Shown: positions 8,839 to 16,548, counted from the first letter of the stretch. The stretch: 32,478 nt of DNA from Gammaproteobacteria bacterium (GCA_041492115.1 JBGPWJ010000002.1:1-32478), one strand, 5' to 3'. Numbers and translations: made by a program. Notes: generated by a model not told the origin, from the sequence alone.

Positions 8839-8867
8839 AAGTCCCCTCTCCCGATGGGAGAGGGAGT
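8839..8867 (+). repeat. REP-like hairpin, copy 2
   Basis: AAGTCCCCTCTCCCGATGGGAGAGGGAGT forms a 9-bp stem (8844-8852 with 8856-8864) and a 3-nt loop. It matches the reverse complement of copy 1 at 28 of 29 positions. Confidence 0.75.
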
Positions 8868-8891
8868 TGTTATCTTAGTTCCGCCCCATTG

Positions 8892-9317
8892 ATGAGCACT
8901 GAGGCACCCATGACCGCCTGTCCCTTATGCGAGACAGAATCCGAGAATGTATTGTGGCGCGATGCGCGCTGCCGCGTGATCTTGATCGACGATTCGGATT
9001 ACGCCGGCTTCTGTCGTGTGATTTGGCAGGCGCATGTCAAAGAGATGACCGATCTCGCTGCCGCCGATCAGTCCCATCTGTTCGCGGTGGTGCTGGCTGT
9101 CGAGGCGCAACTGCGCGAACTCATGCAACCGGCCAAGATCAATCTCGCCTCATTCGGCAACCAGGTGCCGCATCTGCATTGGCACGTGATCCCGCGTTTC
9201 GCCGACGACGCGCACTTCCCCGATCCGGTCTGGGCGGCGCGCAAACGCAAAGCCGCGCCGCGCGATATCGATGTCTACCGCTTGGCGCTGGGTCTTGCTG
9301 CGAAGCTGTCAGGCTAA
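8892..9317 (+). CDS. HIT-family (histidine triad) protein
   Basis: Has the HxHxHxx motif (PHLHWHVIPR) and the N-terminal CPLCE typical of HIT proteins. The ORF-track TTG start at 8829 would read through the REP hairpin, so I prefer the ATG at 8892 (or 8910). Confidence 0.8.
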   Translation: MSTEAPMTACPLCETESENVLWRDARCRVILIDDSDYAGFCRVIWQAHVKEMTDLAAADQSHLFAVVLAVEAQLRELMQPAKINLASFGNQVPHLHWHVIPRFADDAHFPDPVWAARKRKAAPRDIDVYRLALGLAAKLSG

Positions 9318-9328
9318 GGTTCCAATGA

Positions 9329-9349
9329 CGCCGCTTCAATGAAGTGGCG
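9329..9349. terminator. Candidate hairpin between the convergent HIT and DUF1641 genes
   Basis: CGCCGCTT-caatg-AAGTGGCG forms an 8-bp stem that includes one G-U pair. There is no clear U-tract on either strand. Confidence 0.3.
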
Positions 9350-9368
9350 CAGATTGATCTCTATAAGA

Positions 9369-9932
9369 TCAGCACCCCTTGCTGCAGCGCTGTTGCAATT
9401 CCTTGCCCACCGCCATGAAGAAATGCATGACTTTATGGTTGTCACGATCAGTGATCATCTTCCACAAACCGCGCAGCCCGGCAGGTGGCGGGTTGCGCTC
9501 GACGGAATGCGCCGCTTCCTGTACTCCTTCGAGCATGGCCTCCACGGTTTCCAGGCGCGTCAGTATGTTGATCAGACGTGCCGCGCCGTTGCGGTTGACC
9601 TGATCGAGCAGGGTCATGCCGCCGCTGACCATCTCGGTGAGCCGGCCGACCATTTCATCGGTGAGCGAATCCTGCGCCGAGCCGATCAGGCGCGCCATCT
9701 GCGCGACCCGTTCGAGATCGCCGTTCTGTGCCATCTGGGCCAGCACCGGAATGGCTTTGTCGAGACCCGAGCGATTGATCTGATCGAGCAGCGTCATGCC
9801 ATTGCTTATGGTCTCGCTGAGTCGCCCGATCATCTCGTCGGTGAGTGCGTCACAGGCGCCCTGACCAAGCCTCTGCATTGCGGTGGCCGAATCAAGTGGT
9901 GTGACTGTCGCTGTGTTGTCTGATGTTGTCAT
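9369..9932 (-). CDS. DUF1641-domain protein
   Basis: A 187-aa ORF with an internally repeated helical unit (LTDEM.GRL.E....GMTLLDQ.NR.G). The C-terminal GLRGLWKMITD...FFMAVGKEL fits the DUF1641 pattern. It starts 11 nt downstream of the flavoprotein gene, a pairing I recall as common. Confidence 0.65.
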   Translation of the reverse strand: MTTSDNTATVTPLDSATAMQRLGQGACDALTDEMIGRLSETISNGMTLLDQINRSGLDKAIPVLAQMAQNGDLERVAQMARLIGSAQDSLTDEMVGRLTEMVSGGMTLLDQVNRNGAARLINILTRLETVEAMLEGVQEAAHSVERNPPPAGLRGLWKMITDRDNHKVMHFFMAVGKELQQRCSKGC

Positions 9933-9943
9933 AACTCATCCCC

Positions 9944-11080
9944 TTACAGTAAGCCGCGCACGCTGTTCCAATATAATTTGTTATAGGCCAGTTTGAACCA
10001 GTGAATAACCTTGGTGGGCGGCATCGGGTTCGGCGGGTTCTTGTAATCGAAGGCCGCGTAGGTCGCCCGGTCCTTGCCGGCCTCGATGAAGCAGAACACC
10101 TTGCCTTCGTATTCGCGCACCATGTGGCCGTGCGTTACCAAGGCCGCGAGGTTGTCGCCCATGGCTTCGGCTTCGTAATGCGCGGTGGAACCGGCCTTGC
10201 TGATCGGAATATTGGTGGTGTCGCCGAGCACGAAGACGTTGTTGCGTCCCTCCATCTGCAAGGTCGCGCGATTGGTGGGGATCCAACCACCGCCGCCGAG
10301 CTTGTTGGCCTCTATGACCTCCATGCCCTTATGCGGCGGCACGGCGATCAGTAAATCGTAATCGACGACCGTGCCTTCCTCGCTCAGTACCTGTTTCTTG
10401 GCGCCGTCGACTTGCTTGGCGTTGAACAGTGTTTCGTATTTGATGCCCATGCGGTCGAACTCACCCACAGCCCATTTCGCGACGTTCTCCAGCGAATGGA
10501 TGCGGCCGATCGGATAGGTGTAGTAGAACTCCACTTTGTCGAGGATGCCGCGGTCCTTGAAGAAGTCGTACATCATGAAAGTGACCTCCAGCGGCACCAT
10601 CGGGCATTTGTGCGGCACGCCGGTCACGATGGCGATCCTGCCGCCCTGGAATTCAGTAAGCGCCTTGAGTGTTTTGATTGCGGCCTCTTCGGTGTAGACA
10701 TGGTGGGCGTTCTCCAGCAGTCCCGGCACGGCCGCCAGATCGGGGCGCGAGCCGGTGCAGATCGCCATGTAATCGTAGTCGTAGGTTGTGCCGCTCTTGG
10801 TCTTGACCTGGTTGTTGTCAAGATTGAACTGCTCGACCGGATCAACATGAAATTCGATGGACGGTTCCAGCAGGCCGGCCTGGTCCACGTACAATTCACT
10901 CGGCGCCATCTTGCCGAACGCGACATACAACAGACCCGGCTGATACATGTGTTTGTCGGACGCCGAGAGCATGATGATGCGCAGCTTGCCGGCCTTGATT
11001 TCGCCGCTGAGGCGGCGCGCCAGATTGTTGCCGAGAATCGTACCGGCGGTGCCGCCGCCTACAATGAGAATTTTCTTCAT
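9944..11080 (-). CDS. FAD-dependent pyridine nucleotide-disulfide oxidoreductase, sulfide:quinone oxidoreductase-like
   Basis: I prefer the start MKKILIVGGGTAGT (ATG is the reverse complement of 11078-11080, with AGGAG upstream). The 11215 start in the ORF track would overlap tusA. It has a Rossmann GGGxxG motif, an HKCPMVPLE motif and GDTTNIPISKAGS. Confidence 0.85.
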   Translation of the reverse strand: MKKILIVGGGTAGTILGNNLARRLSGEIKAGKLRIIMLSASDKHMYQPGLLYVAFGKMAPSELYVDQAGLLEPSIEFHVDPVEQFNLDNNQVKTKSGTTYDYDYMAICTGSRPDLAAVPGLLENAHHVYTEEAAIKTLKALTEFQGGRIAIVTGVPHKCPMVPLEVTFMMYDFFKDRGILDKVEFYYTYPIGRIHSLENVAKWAVGEFDRMGIKYETLFNAKQVDGAKKQVLSEEGTVVDYDLLIAVPPHKGMEVIEANKLGGGGWIPTNRATLQMEGRNNVFVLGDTTNIPISKAGSTAHYEAEAMGDNLAALVTHGHMVREYEGKVFCFIEAGKDRATYAAFDYKNPPNPMPPTKVIHWFKLAYNKLYWNSVRGLL

Positions 11081-11130
11081 GATGTGACTCCTGGGTATCG
11101 CGTGGTCAGATTCATTTGCATGCCGAACCG

Positions 11131-11361
11131 CTATTTCATCTTGCGGACACGGACGTGGTACACACCGCCTGCTTCGGTCGTGCTCACCATGGCGTGCCCG
11201 ACTTTGTTGATCCACTCGGGGATGTCGTTCGCGGAACCCTTGTCAGTGGACAGAACTTCCAGTTCATCGCCGACGGCGGCCTGTTTCATGGCCGCGATCA
11301 GTTCCATCAGCGGGCCAGGACAGAAGGAACCGCGCGCATCGATCGTCTTAGAATCACTCAT
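11131..11361 (-). CDS. tusA: TusA/SirA-family sulfur carrier protein
   Basis: A 76-aa ORF with the DARGSFCPGP (CPxP) active-site motif near the N-terminus. Confidence 0.85.
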   Translation of the reverse strand: MSDSKTIDARGSFCPGPLMELIAAMKQAAVGDELEVLSTDKGSANDIPEWINKVGHAMVSTTEAGGVYHVRVRKMK

Positions 11362-11388
11362 CTCGTCTTATCCTCTCGACCTGATACA

Positions 11389-11778
11389 TCAGAATGTCAG
11401 CACGTGACTGCCGCCGATCCCGTCCAGAAACTTGGTCAGTCCCATGGGCTTTTCCAAGTGAGGATCGAGATCGTTCTCCGACACGCCCAGCACATCCATC
11501 GCCATGGAACAGGGATAAAGATGTGCGTCGCCCAGATCCACCGCCTGTTTGAAAAGGTCGGTGAAGTTGGGAACGTTTTTCGCGTTCATCAGCTTGCCCA
11601 TTTCGCCCTCCGCGGGCGCCTGCAGATCACGGCCCTTGATGAAGTAGGTCAAGGCGTTCATGGACAGAAACACCGAAACCTCGGTGTTGGTCACCGCCGC
11701 GACGGCGGCTATCATGCCCGCCATCTGGAGTTTTTCGCGGGTTCCCGAGGTGAGGATCAAATGCAGTTTGTCAGACAT
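11389..11778 (-). CDS. DsrE/DsrF-like family protein
   Basis: A 129-aa ORF. The N-terminal beta strand LHLILTSG, a conserved Cys context (YPCSMAM) and the size and position next to tusA are typical of DsrE2/E3-type proteins. Confidence 0.75.
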   Translation of the reverse strand: MSDKLHLILTSGTREKLQMAGMIAAVAAVTNTEVSVFLSMNALTYFIKGRDLQAPAEGEMGKLMNAKNVPNFTDLFKQAVDLGDAHLYPCSMAMDVLGVSENDLDPHLEKPMGLTKFLDGIGGSHVLTF

Positions 11779-11797
11779 TGTGTTAGCCGCCTGTTGC

Positions 11798-11815
11798 GGG
11801 GTAGCCGGCTACCCC
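11798..11815. promoter_or_regulatory. Perfect 18-bp palindrome GGGGTAGCCGGCTACCCC in the leader of the sulfur operon
   Basis: Read directly from the sequence. It lies 20-37 nt upstream of the ATG at 11778 (minus strand). It could be an operator or a 5'-UTR hairpin. Confidence 0.4.
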
Positions 11816-12213
11816 AGGATGCACTTTTCTATATAGCATAGTTGAAGAATGTTCAGATTGTGGCCTGAACCTACCAGTATAGAGCATGCTGGTATTTATA
11901 GGTGGCGGTGGCTATCTGTCCCTTGCCGGCATAGGTGCCATCTGAGCCAAATCGGGGGTTGGAATTGCCGTCTGAGACAATGCATTCTTGCCCGAGAGCA
12001 GGCCCTCCGCCACGCTTGCGTGGCCGCGACCGCGCCTATCAGGTTTTATGCCTGCCGGCCGAAAACACTCAAGGAAGTTCCAATGTATTGCGCCGTCACC
12101 CGGCGGCGCTCCCGCATGGGCAATGCTGAACACAGGGTTGAGGAAAGCGTGGTTCCCTGGCATAAAACGCGCCGCTGTGCTATCAAGCAGTCACCATCTG
12201 GGGGTCTACACTT

Positions 12214-12915
12214 ATGAGGCGGGGTAATCCGGATACTGGCCTGCGCACGATCCGCCGCGATCGTCCCGGTGTCCTGTTGTTACTGGCTTTCGGTGTGCTG
12301 TGTTCTGCGCAGTTGCCGGCGGCCGGGGTGACGGGTCAGGTGGTTGACAGCGCCGGTCTGCCGGTCGAGGACGCGGTCATCAGCCTGACGCCGCGCGACG
12401 CTGTGTCTCCGGCCGCCGCTGTGACTGCCCCCGCCGCGGTCATGGACCAGTGGGGCAAGCAGTTCACACCTTACGTTTTGCCGGTGCGGGTCGGCACCAG
12501 GGTGTCATTCCCCAATCGCGACAACATCAAACACCATGTCTATTCCTTCTCTCCGGCGAAACGCTTTGAGCTGAAGCTGTATTCATCCGGCACGGCGCAA
12601 CCGGTGCTGTTCGACAAACCCGGCATCGTGGCCTTGGGGTGCAACATTCATGACTGGATGATCGCTTACATCGATGTACTGGCGACGCCGTATTTCGCCA
12701 AGACCGATGCGCAGGGGCACGCCGGCATCGACGCGTTGCCCGACGGTGTCTACCACGTCGAGGTGTGGCACCCGCGTCTGCGCGGCAGCGTTACAGATTT
12801 CTCCCGAGACATCACATTGAGCGGCGCAAAACCGGTGGCACTGCAATTTACGCTGCCACTGAAGCGCGAGCAGCACCGCGCGCCGCCGCGCTATTATGAA
12901 GGTGGAGGTTATTGA
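12214..12915 (+). CDS. Exported cupredoxin-like protein flanked by CarboxypepD_reg-like beta segments (a type often annotated as methylamine utilization protein)
   Basis: Has a signal peptide (VLLLLAFGVLCSAQLPAAG). The pattern HHVYSF ... GCNIHDWM gives a His/Cys/His/Met set with C-x2-H-x2-M spacing. Confidence 0.65.
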   Translation: MRRGNPDTGLRTIRRDRPGVLLLLAFGVLCSAQLPAAGVTGQVVDSAGLPVEDAVISLTPRDAVSPAAAVTAPAAVMDQWGKQFTPYVLPVRVGTRVSFPNRDNIKHHVYSFSPAKRFELKLYSSGTAQPVLFDKPGIVALGCNIHDWMIAYIDVLATPYFAKTDAQGHAGIDALPDGVYHVEVWHPRLRGSVTDFSRDITLSGAKPVALQFTLPLKREQHRAPPRYYEGGGY

Positions 12916-15313
12916 GGTGTTCCGGCGCTTTCAGACCAAGCTGGTGTTGTTCTATATCACCCTGTTCGCAGCGGTGCAGGTCATCACGCTGCTGACGGTC
13001 TACACCATCACGACACACAATGTGTACACGCAGATTCAGGACCAACTGCGCTACGCCAGTCGCATCTTCAAACTACAGATCGAGGATCGCTCGCACAAGC
13101 ATGCCCAGGCCGCGCGCATTCTGGCGGCCGACTTCGGCTTTCGCGATGCGGTGACCTCGGCTGATCCGGCCACCATGCAATCCGCGATCGGCAATCTGGG
13201 CGCGCGCATCAAGGCCGATCGCGTACTGCTGGTGTCGCTCAACAACCAGACCGTCGCTGATACACAGCATCCGCACATGCCGGCCGGTGTGTTCGCCTAT
13301 TCCAGTCTGATCGCCACCGCCGAGGAACATGACGAGGCCGTCGCCATGGTGGTGATGGACGGCGCGATCTACGAGATGGTGGTGGTGCCGGTACTGGCGC
13401 CGACGCCGGTCGCCTGGCTCGTCATCGGCGCGCGAATCGATGATGCTTTGACCGCCGATCTCAAGGCGCTGTCGCCTCTCGAGCTGGATCTGTCGTTTGC
13501 GCACCGCGCGGGCGCTGACTGGCAACTGGCCGCAACTACGCTGGGTGCGGAACGCCGGCAGACGCTCTCCGGGTATCTGCGCGGCGCAAAGTTTGTCGCC
13601 GATCAACCCGGTGCCACAGAGCTCGGCCTGGATAATTATATGGCGCTGGTCACACCACTCGCTTCGCCGGATCATGGTGCACCGGTGGTCGCTGTATTGC
13701 AGTACGCGCTCGCCACCGGGCTGCGTCCGTATCAGCCACTGCTGTTGTGGTTGCTGGTGTTGACCGGCGCCGGTCTACTGGTGTCGCTGGTCGGTGGCAT
13801 GTTGATCGCACGCGGCGTGACCAAACCGGTGCGTATTCTGGCCGAGGCCGCGCGGCGCCTGGAGCAGGGCGATTACACACAGACGGTGCAGCTTGCCCGG
13901 CGTGATGAACTGGGACAACTGGCCGCGGCCTTCAATCACATGACGGCGCGCATCGCGGAACGCGAGGAACGCATTCGTCATCAGGCGCAGCACGATGCGG
14001 TGACCGGCCTGCCCAACCGCACGCTGTTCGAGCAGAGCGTACGCGAGACGATCGCGACGCTGGCGCGCGATTCGGCCGGCTGTTCCGTGGTGCTGGTCTA
14101 TATCGACCGCTTCGCCGATATCCGCAATACCCTCGGTCACGAGGTGAGCGATCGGCTGATCCGGCACGTTGGCGATCGCCTGCGCGCGGTAATCAAGCAG
14201 ACCGACACGCTGGCGCGTCTCGCCACCGACGAGTTCGTGCTGCTGACGCTGGGCACGGAAGAGGACGCCATGCGCGTCATCGTCGAGCGTCTGCTCGGCG
14301 TCTTCGAGGCGCCATTCAGTATCGATGGCGTAACCATCGACGTCAACGCCCACCTTGGCGTTGCCTGTTATCCGGTGCATGGCGAGGACGCCGATACCTT
14401 GTTGAAACGCGCTGACGTGGCCATTTCTAGCGCGCGGCGTTCATTGCGCCGTTACGCCGTCTACGATGCGCAGAACGATATCTTCACCCGTCGCCGTCTG
14501 TCGCTGATGAGCGAATTGCGCCAGGGTCTGGAGCGCAACGAACTGCAATTGTATTACCAGCCGCTCATCGATCTGGCCAGCGATCGCGCCACTCACGTCG
14601 AGGCGCTGGTACGCTGGCAGCATCCGACCAACGGTTTTCTGCCGCCCGATGACTTCATCCCGCTGGCGGAACAGAGTGGTAACATTCAGCGACTCACCGC
14701 TTGGTGTTTGGAGCGTGCCATCGAACAGTGCAGCGCCTGGCGTCAGGCCGGCATCGCGCTGACCGTGGCGGTGAATCTGTCGGCGCGCGATCTGCCCAAC
14801 CGCCGACTGCCGGGGCTGATCGCCGAGTTGCTGCATCGCAATGACGCGCAGCCGCACTGGCTGACGCTGGAGATCACCGAGAGTGCGCTGATGCAGGAGC
14901 CGGAGCAGGCGCTGCAGGTGCTGCGCAGCCTGAAGGACATGGGGATGCGTCTGGCGATCGATGATTTCGGGACCGGCTACTCGTCGATGGCCTATCTGAA
15001 GAAGCTGCCGGTCGATGAACTGAAGATCGACAAATCCTTCGTGCTCGGACTGGCGAGCAGCGCGGAGGACGAAATAATCGTGCGTTCCATCATCGATCTC
15101 GGCCATAATCTCGGCTTGAAGGTCACCGCCGAAGGTGTCGAGGACGAGGCCGCACTGGAGATTCTGCGCCGTTATGGTTGCGATAAAACACAAGGCTATC
15201 TGTTTAGTCGTCCCCAGCCGGTTCTGTTGCTGGACCGCTGGCTGGCTGCCGCCAACCGGGATGGCGTCATGACGACGGTACAGAACGCGTCGATCAGCAA
15301 ACACGCCGGCTGA
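12896..15313 (+). CDS. Inner-membrane signalling protein with a periplasmic sensor domain, HAMP, a degenerate GGDEF and an EAL domain (c-di-GMP phosphodiesterase type)
   Basis: Two TM helices bracket a periplasmic region of about 260 aa. The HAMP segment reads RGVTKPVRILAEAARRLEQGDY. The GGDEF domain carries ATDEF in place of GG[DE]EF. The EAL domain has EALVRW, NLS, EITE, DDFGTGYSS, KIDKSF, EGVE and QGY. An alternative GTG start at 12917 has GGAGG 8 nt upstream. Confidence 0.9.
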   Translation: MKVEVIEVFRRFQTKLVLFYITLFAAVQVITLLTVYTITTHNVYTQIQDQLRYASRIFKLQIEDRSHKHAQAARILAADFGFRDAVTSADPATMQSAIGNLGARIKADRVLLVSLNNQTVADTQHPHMPAGVFAYSSLIATAEEHDEAVAMVVMDGAIYEMVVVPVLAPTPVAWLVIGARIDDALTADLKALSPLELDLSFAHRAGADWQLAATTLGAERRQTLSGYLRGAKFVADQPGATELGLDNYMALVTPLASPDHGAPVVAVLQYALATGLRPYQPLLLWLLVLTGAGLLVSLVGGMLIARGVTKPVRILAEAARRLEQGDYTQTVQLARRDELGQLAAAFNHMTARIAEREERIRHQAQHDAVTGLPNRTLFEQSVRETIATLARDSAGCSVVLVYIDRFADIRNTLGHEVSDRLIRHVGDRLRAVIKQTDTLARLATDEFVLLTLGTEEDAMRVIVERLLGVFEAPFSIDGVTIDVNAHLGVACYPVHGEDADTLLKRADVAISSARRSLRRYAVYDAQNDIFTRRRLSLMSELRQGLERNELQLYYQPLIDLASDRATHVEALVRWQHPTNGFLPPDDFIPLAEQSGNIQRLTAWCLERAIEQCSAWRQAGIALTVAVNLSARDLPNRRLPGLIAELLHRNDAQPHWLTLEITESALMQEPEQALQVLRSLKDMGMRLAIDDFGTGYSSMAYLKKLPVDELKIDKSFVLGLASSAEDEIIVRSIIDLGHNLGLKVTAEGVEDEAALEILRRYGCDKTQGYLFSRPQPVLLLDRWLAAANRDGVMTTVQNASISKHAG

Positions 15314-15321
15314 CGGAAGAT

Positions 15322-16548
15322 ATGCACATGATCAAGGGGCTCTGCAAGGCGGCACTGATTTTGGCACTCTGCAGCGCGCAGGCCGACGACAGTTATCCGG
15401 ACATCACACTCGGCGGGCTGCTCGATCTGCGCGCCGCGCGCACCGACGACACCACAAGCTGGCTCGATCACGGCCTGGGCAAGACGCGCTACGGGGGCAC
15501 CGCCGGCGACAGTCGTGTGCTCGGCCGCGTCGCCGAGGCGGCACTGTTGATCACCTCGCATCTTAACTGGTCGACCTCGGGACAACTCTACATCAAGTAC
15601 GATGCCGACCAGCACCAGCCGCTGGATATCGTCGAAGGCTTTGTCGACTACCATCCGGTGTCCACCACCGCGTACCGCTTCACAGGTCGCGTCGGTGCAT
15701 TCTTCCCGCCGGTCTCGTTAGAAAACACCGGCCCGGCCTGGACCAGTCCCTACAGCATCACGCCGTCCGCCATCAACACCTGGATCGGCGAAGAGGTGCG
15801 TACGCTGGGCGGCGAAGGCACTTTGCACTGGTTGGGCGAGGAACAACGGGCGAGCGCCAGCTTGGCCGTCTATAAAGCCAACGATCCCACCGGCAGTCTG
15901 ATCGCCTGGCGCGGCTGGGCGCTGCATGACTTCAAGCCGGGCCTGCATGATCGCATGCCGCTGGCACATACCGAAATCTTCGATGACTTTCCACGCCAGG
16001 CGCCGTGGGTGGCACCGTTTCGCGAGATCGACGGGCATTGGGGTTATTACGGCGCGTTGGCCTACGAGCGACCCGGCAAATATACGCTGCGCGCAATGCA
16101 CTACGACAATCGCGCCAATCCCGATGCCTTCAATGGCACGCAATGGGCCTGGCATACGCGTTTCTCCAGCGTCGGCATGAAATTCCTGTTGCCGCACGAC
16201 GTCGATATGATCGCCCAGTATCTGTTCGGCGACACCTATATGCGCGGCCGCCGCGCGGTCGTGGATACGGATTTCTCGTCCTGGTTCGTGCTGCTCAGCA
16301 AGCGCATCGATCAACACCGCTTCACGCTGCGCTATGATTTGTTCGGCGTGCAGGACAATGCCGGTGTTGAGTACAACGATCACGGCCATGCCTGGACACT
16401 GGCCTACGCGCTGGAGGTGAACGACAAGCAGCGCCTGATACTGGAACTGCTGTCTATCAACAGCAAGCATCCGCAGCGCGACGACCTGGGCCTGCCGGCG
16501 GTCGCTCGCGAACATCTCCTGCAGGCGAGTTATCGCATCTTCTTCTGA
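15322..16548 (+). CDS. Putative outer-membrane beta-barrel protein
   Basis: Has a signal peptide (ALILALCSAQA|DD), many Tyr/Trp/Gly-rich alternating segments and a C-terminal ...ASYRIFF with terminal Phe. It starts 8 nt after the EAL gene. Confidence 0.55.
   Translation: MHMIKGLCKAALILALCSAQADDSYPDITLGGLLDLRAARTDDTTSWLDHGLGKTRYGGTAGDSRVLGRVAEAALLITSHLNWSTSGQLYIKYDADQHQPLDIVEGFVDYHPVSTTAYRFTGRVGAFFPPVSLENTGPAWTSPYSITPSAINTWIGEEVRTLGGEGTLHWLGEEQRASASLAVYKANDPTGSLIAWRGWALHDFKPGLHDRMPLAHTEIFDDFPRQAPWVAPFREIDGHWGYYGALAYERPGKYTLRAMHYDNRANPDAFNGTQWAWHTRFSSVGMKFLLPHDVDMIAQYLFGDTYMRGRRAVVDTDFSSWFVLLSKRIDQHRFTLRYDLFGVQDNAGVEYNDHGHAWTLAYALEVNDKQRLILELLSINSKHPQRDDLGLPAVAREHLLQASYRIFF

Noticed and set aside
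8829-8891. N-terminal extension of the HIT gene from a TTG start (MKKEVPSPDGRGSCYLSS...).
   Set aside because: The extension is the translation of the REP hairpin (copy 2). HIT proteins normally begin close to the CPxC motif.
11081-11215. A 45-aa N-terminal extension of the SQR-like gene, with similar upstream extensions of the FHA gene (29880-30041), DUF1841 gene (31457-31570), VirJ gene (18890-19102) and MarC gene (31669-31701).
   Set aside because: The extensions overlap neighbouring genes or are Arg/Pro-rich and motif-free. The internal ATG codons give canonical N-termini, namely a Rossmann fold, an FHA start, a signal peptide or a family-typical start.
12158-12172. Possible sigma-54 promoter TGGCATAAAACGCGC (GG and GC 12 nt apart), about 45 nt upstream of the cupredoxin-like gene.
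   Set aside because: The -12 element is CGCGC rather than TTGC. No enhancer-binding protein is encoded nearby, and GG-N10-GC occurs often by chance in GC-rich DNA.
11779-12213. A c-di-GMP (GEMM) or other riboswitch in the long leader of the cupredoxin/EAL operon.
   Set aside because: I could not find the conserved GEMM-I core segments or any other riboswitch signature I know. ORFs 11849-12217, 11912-12163 and 11988-12227 in this region also look spurious.
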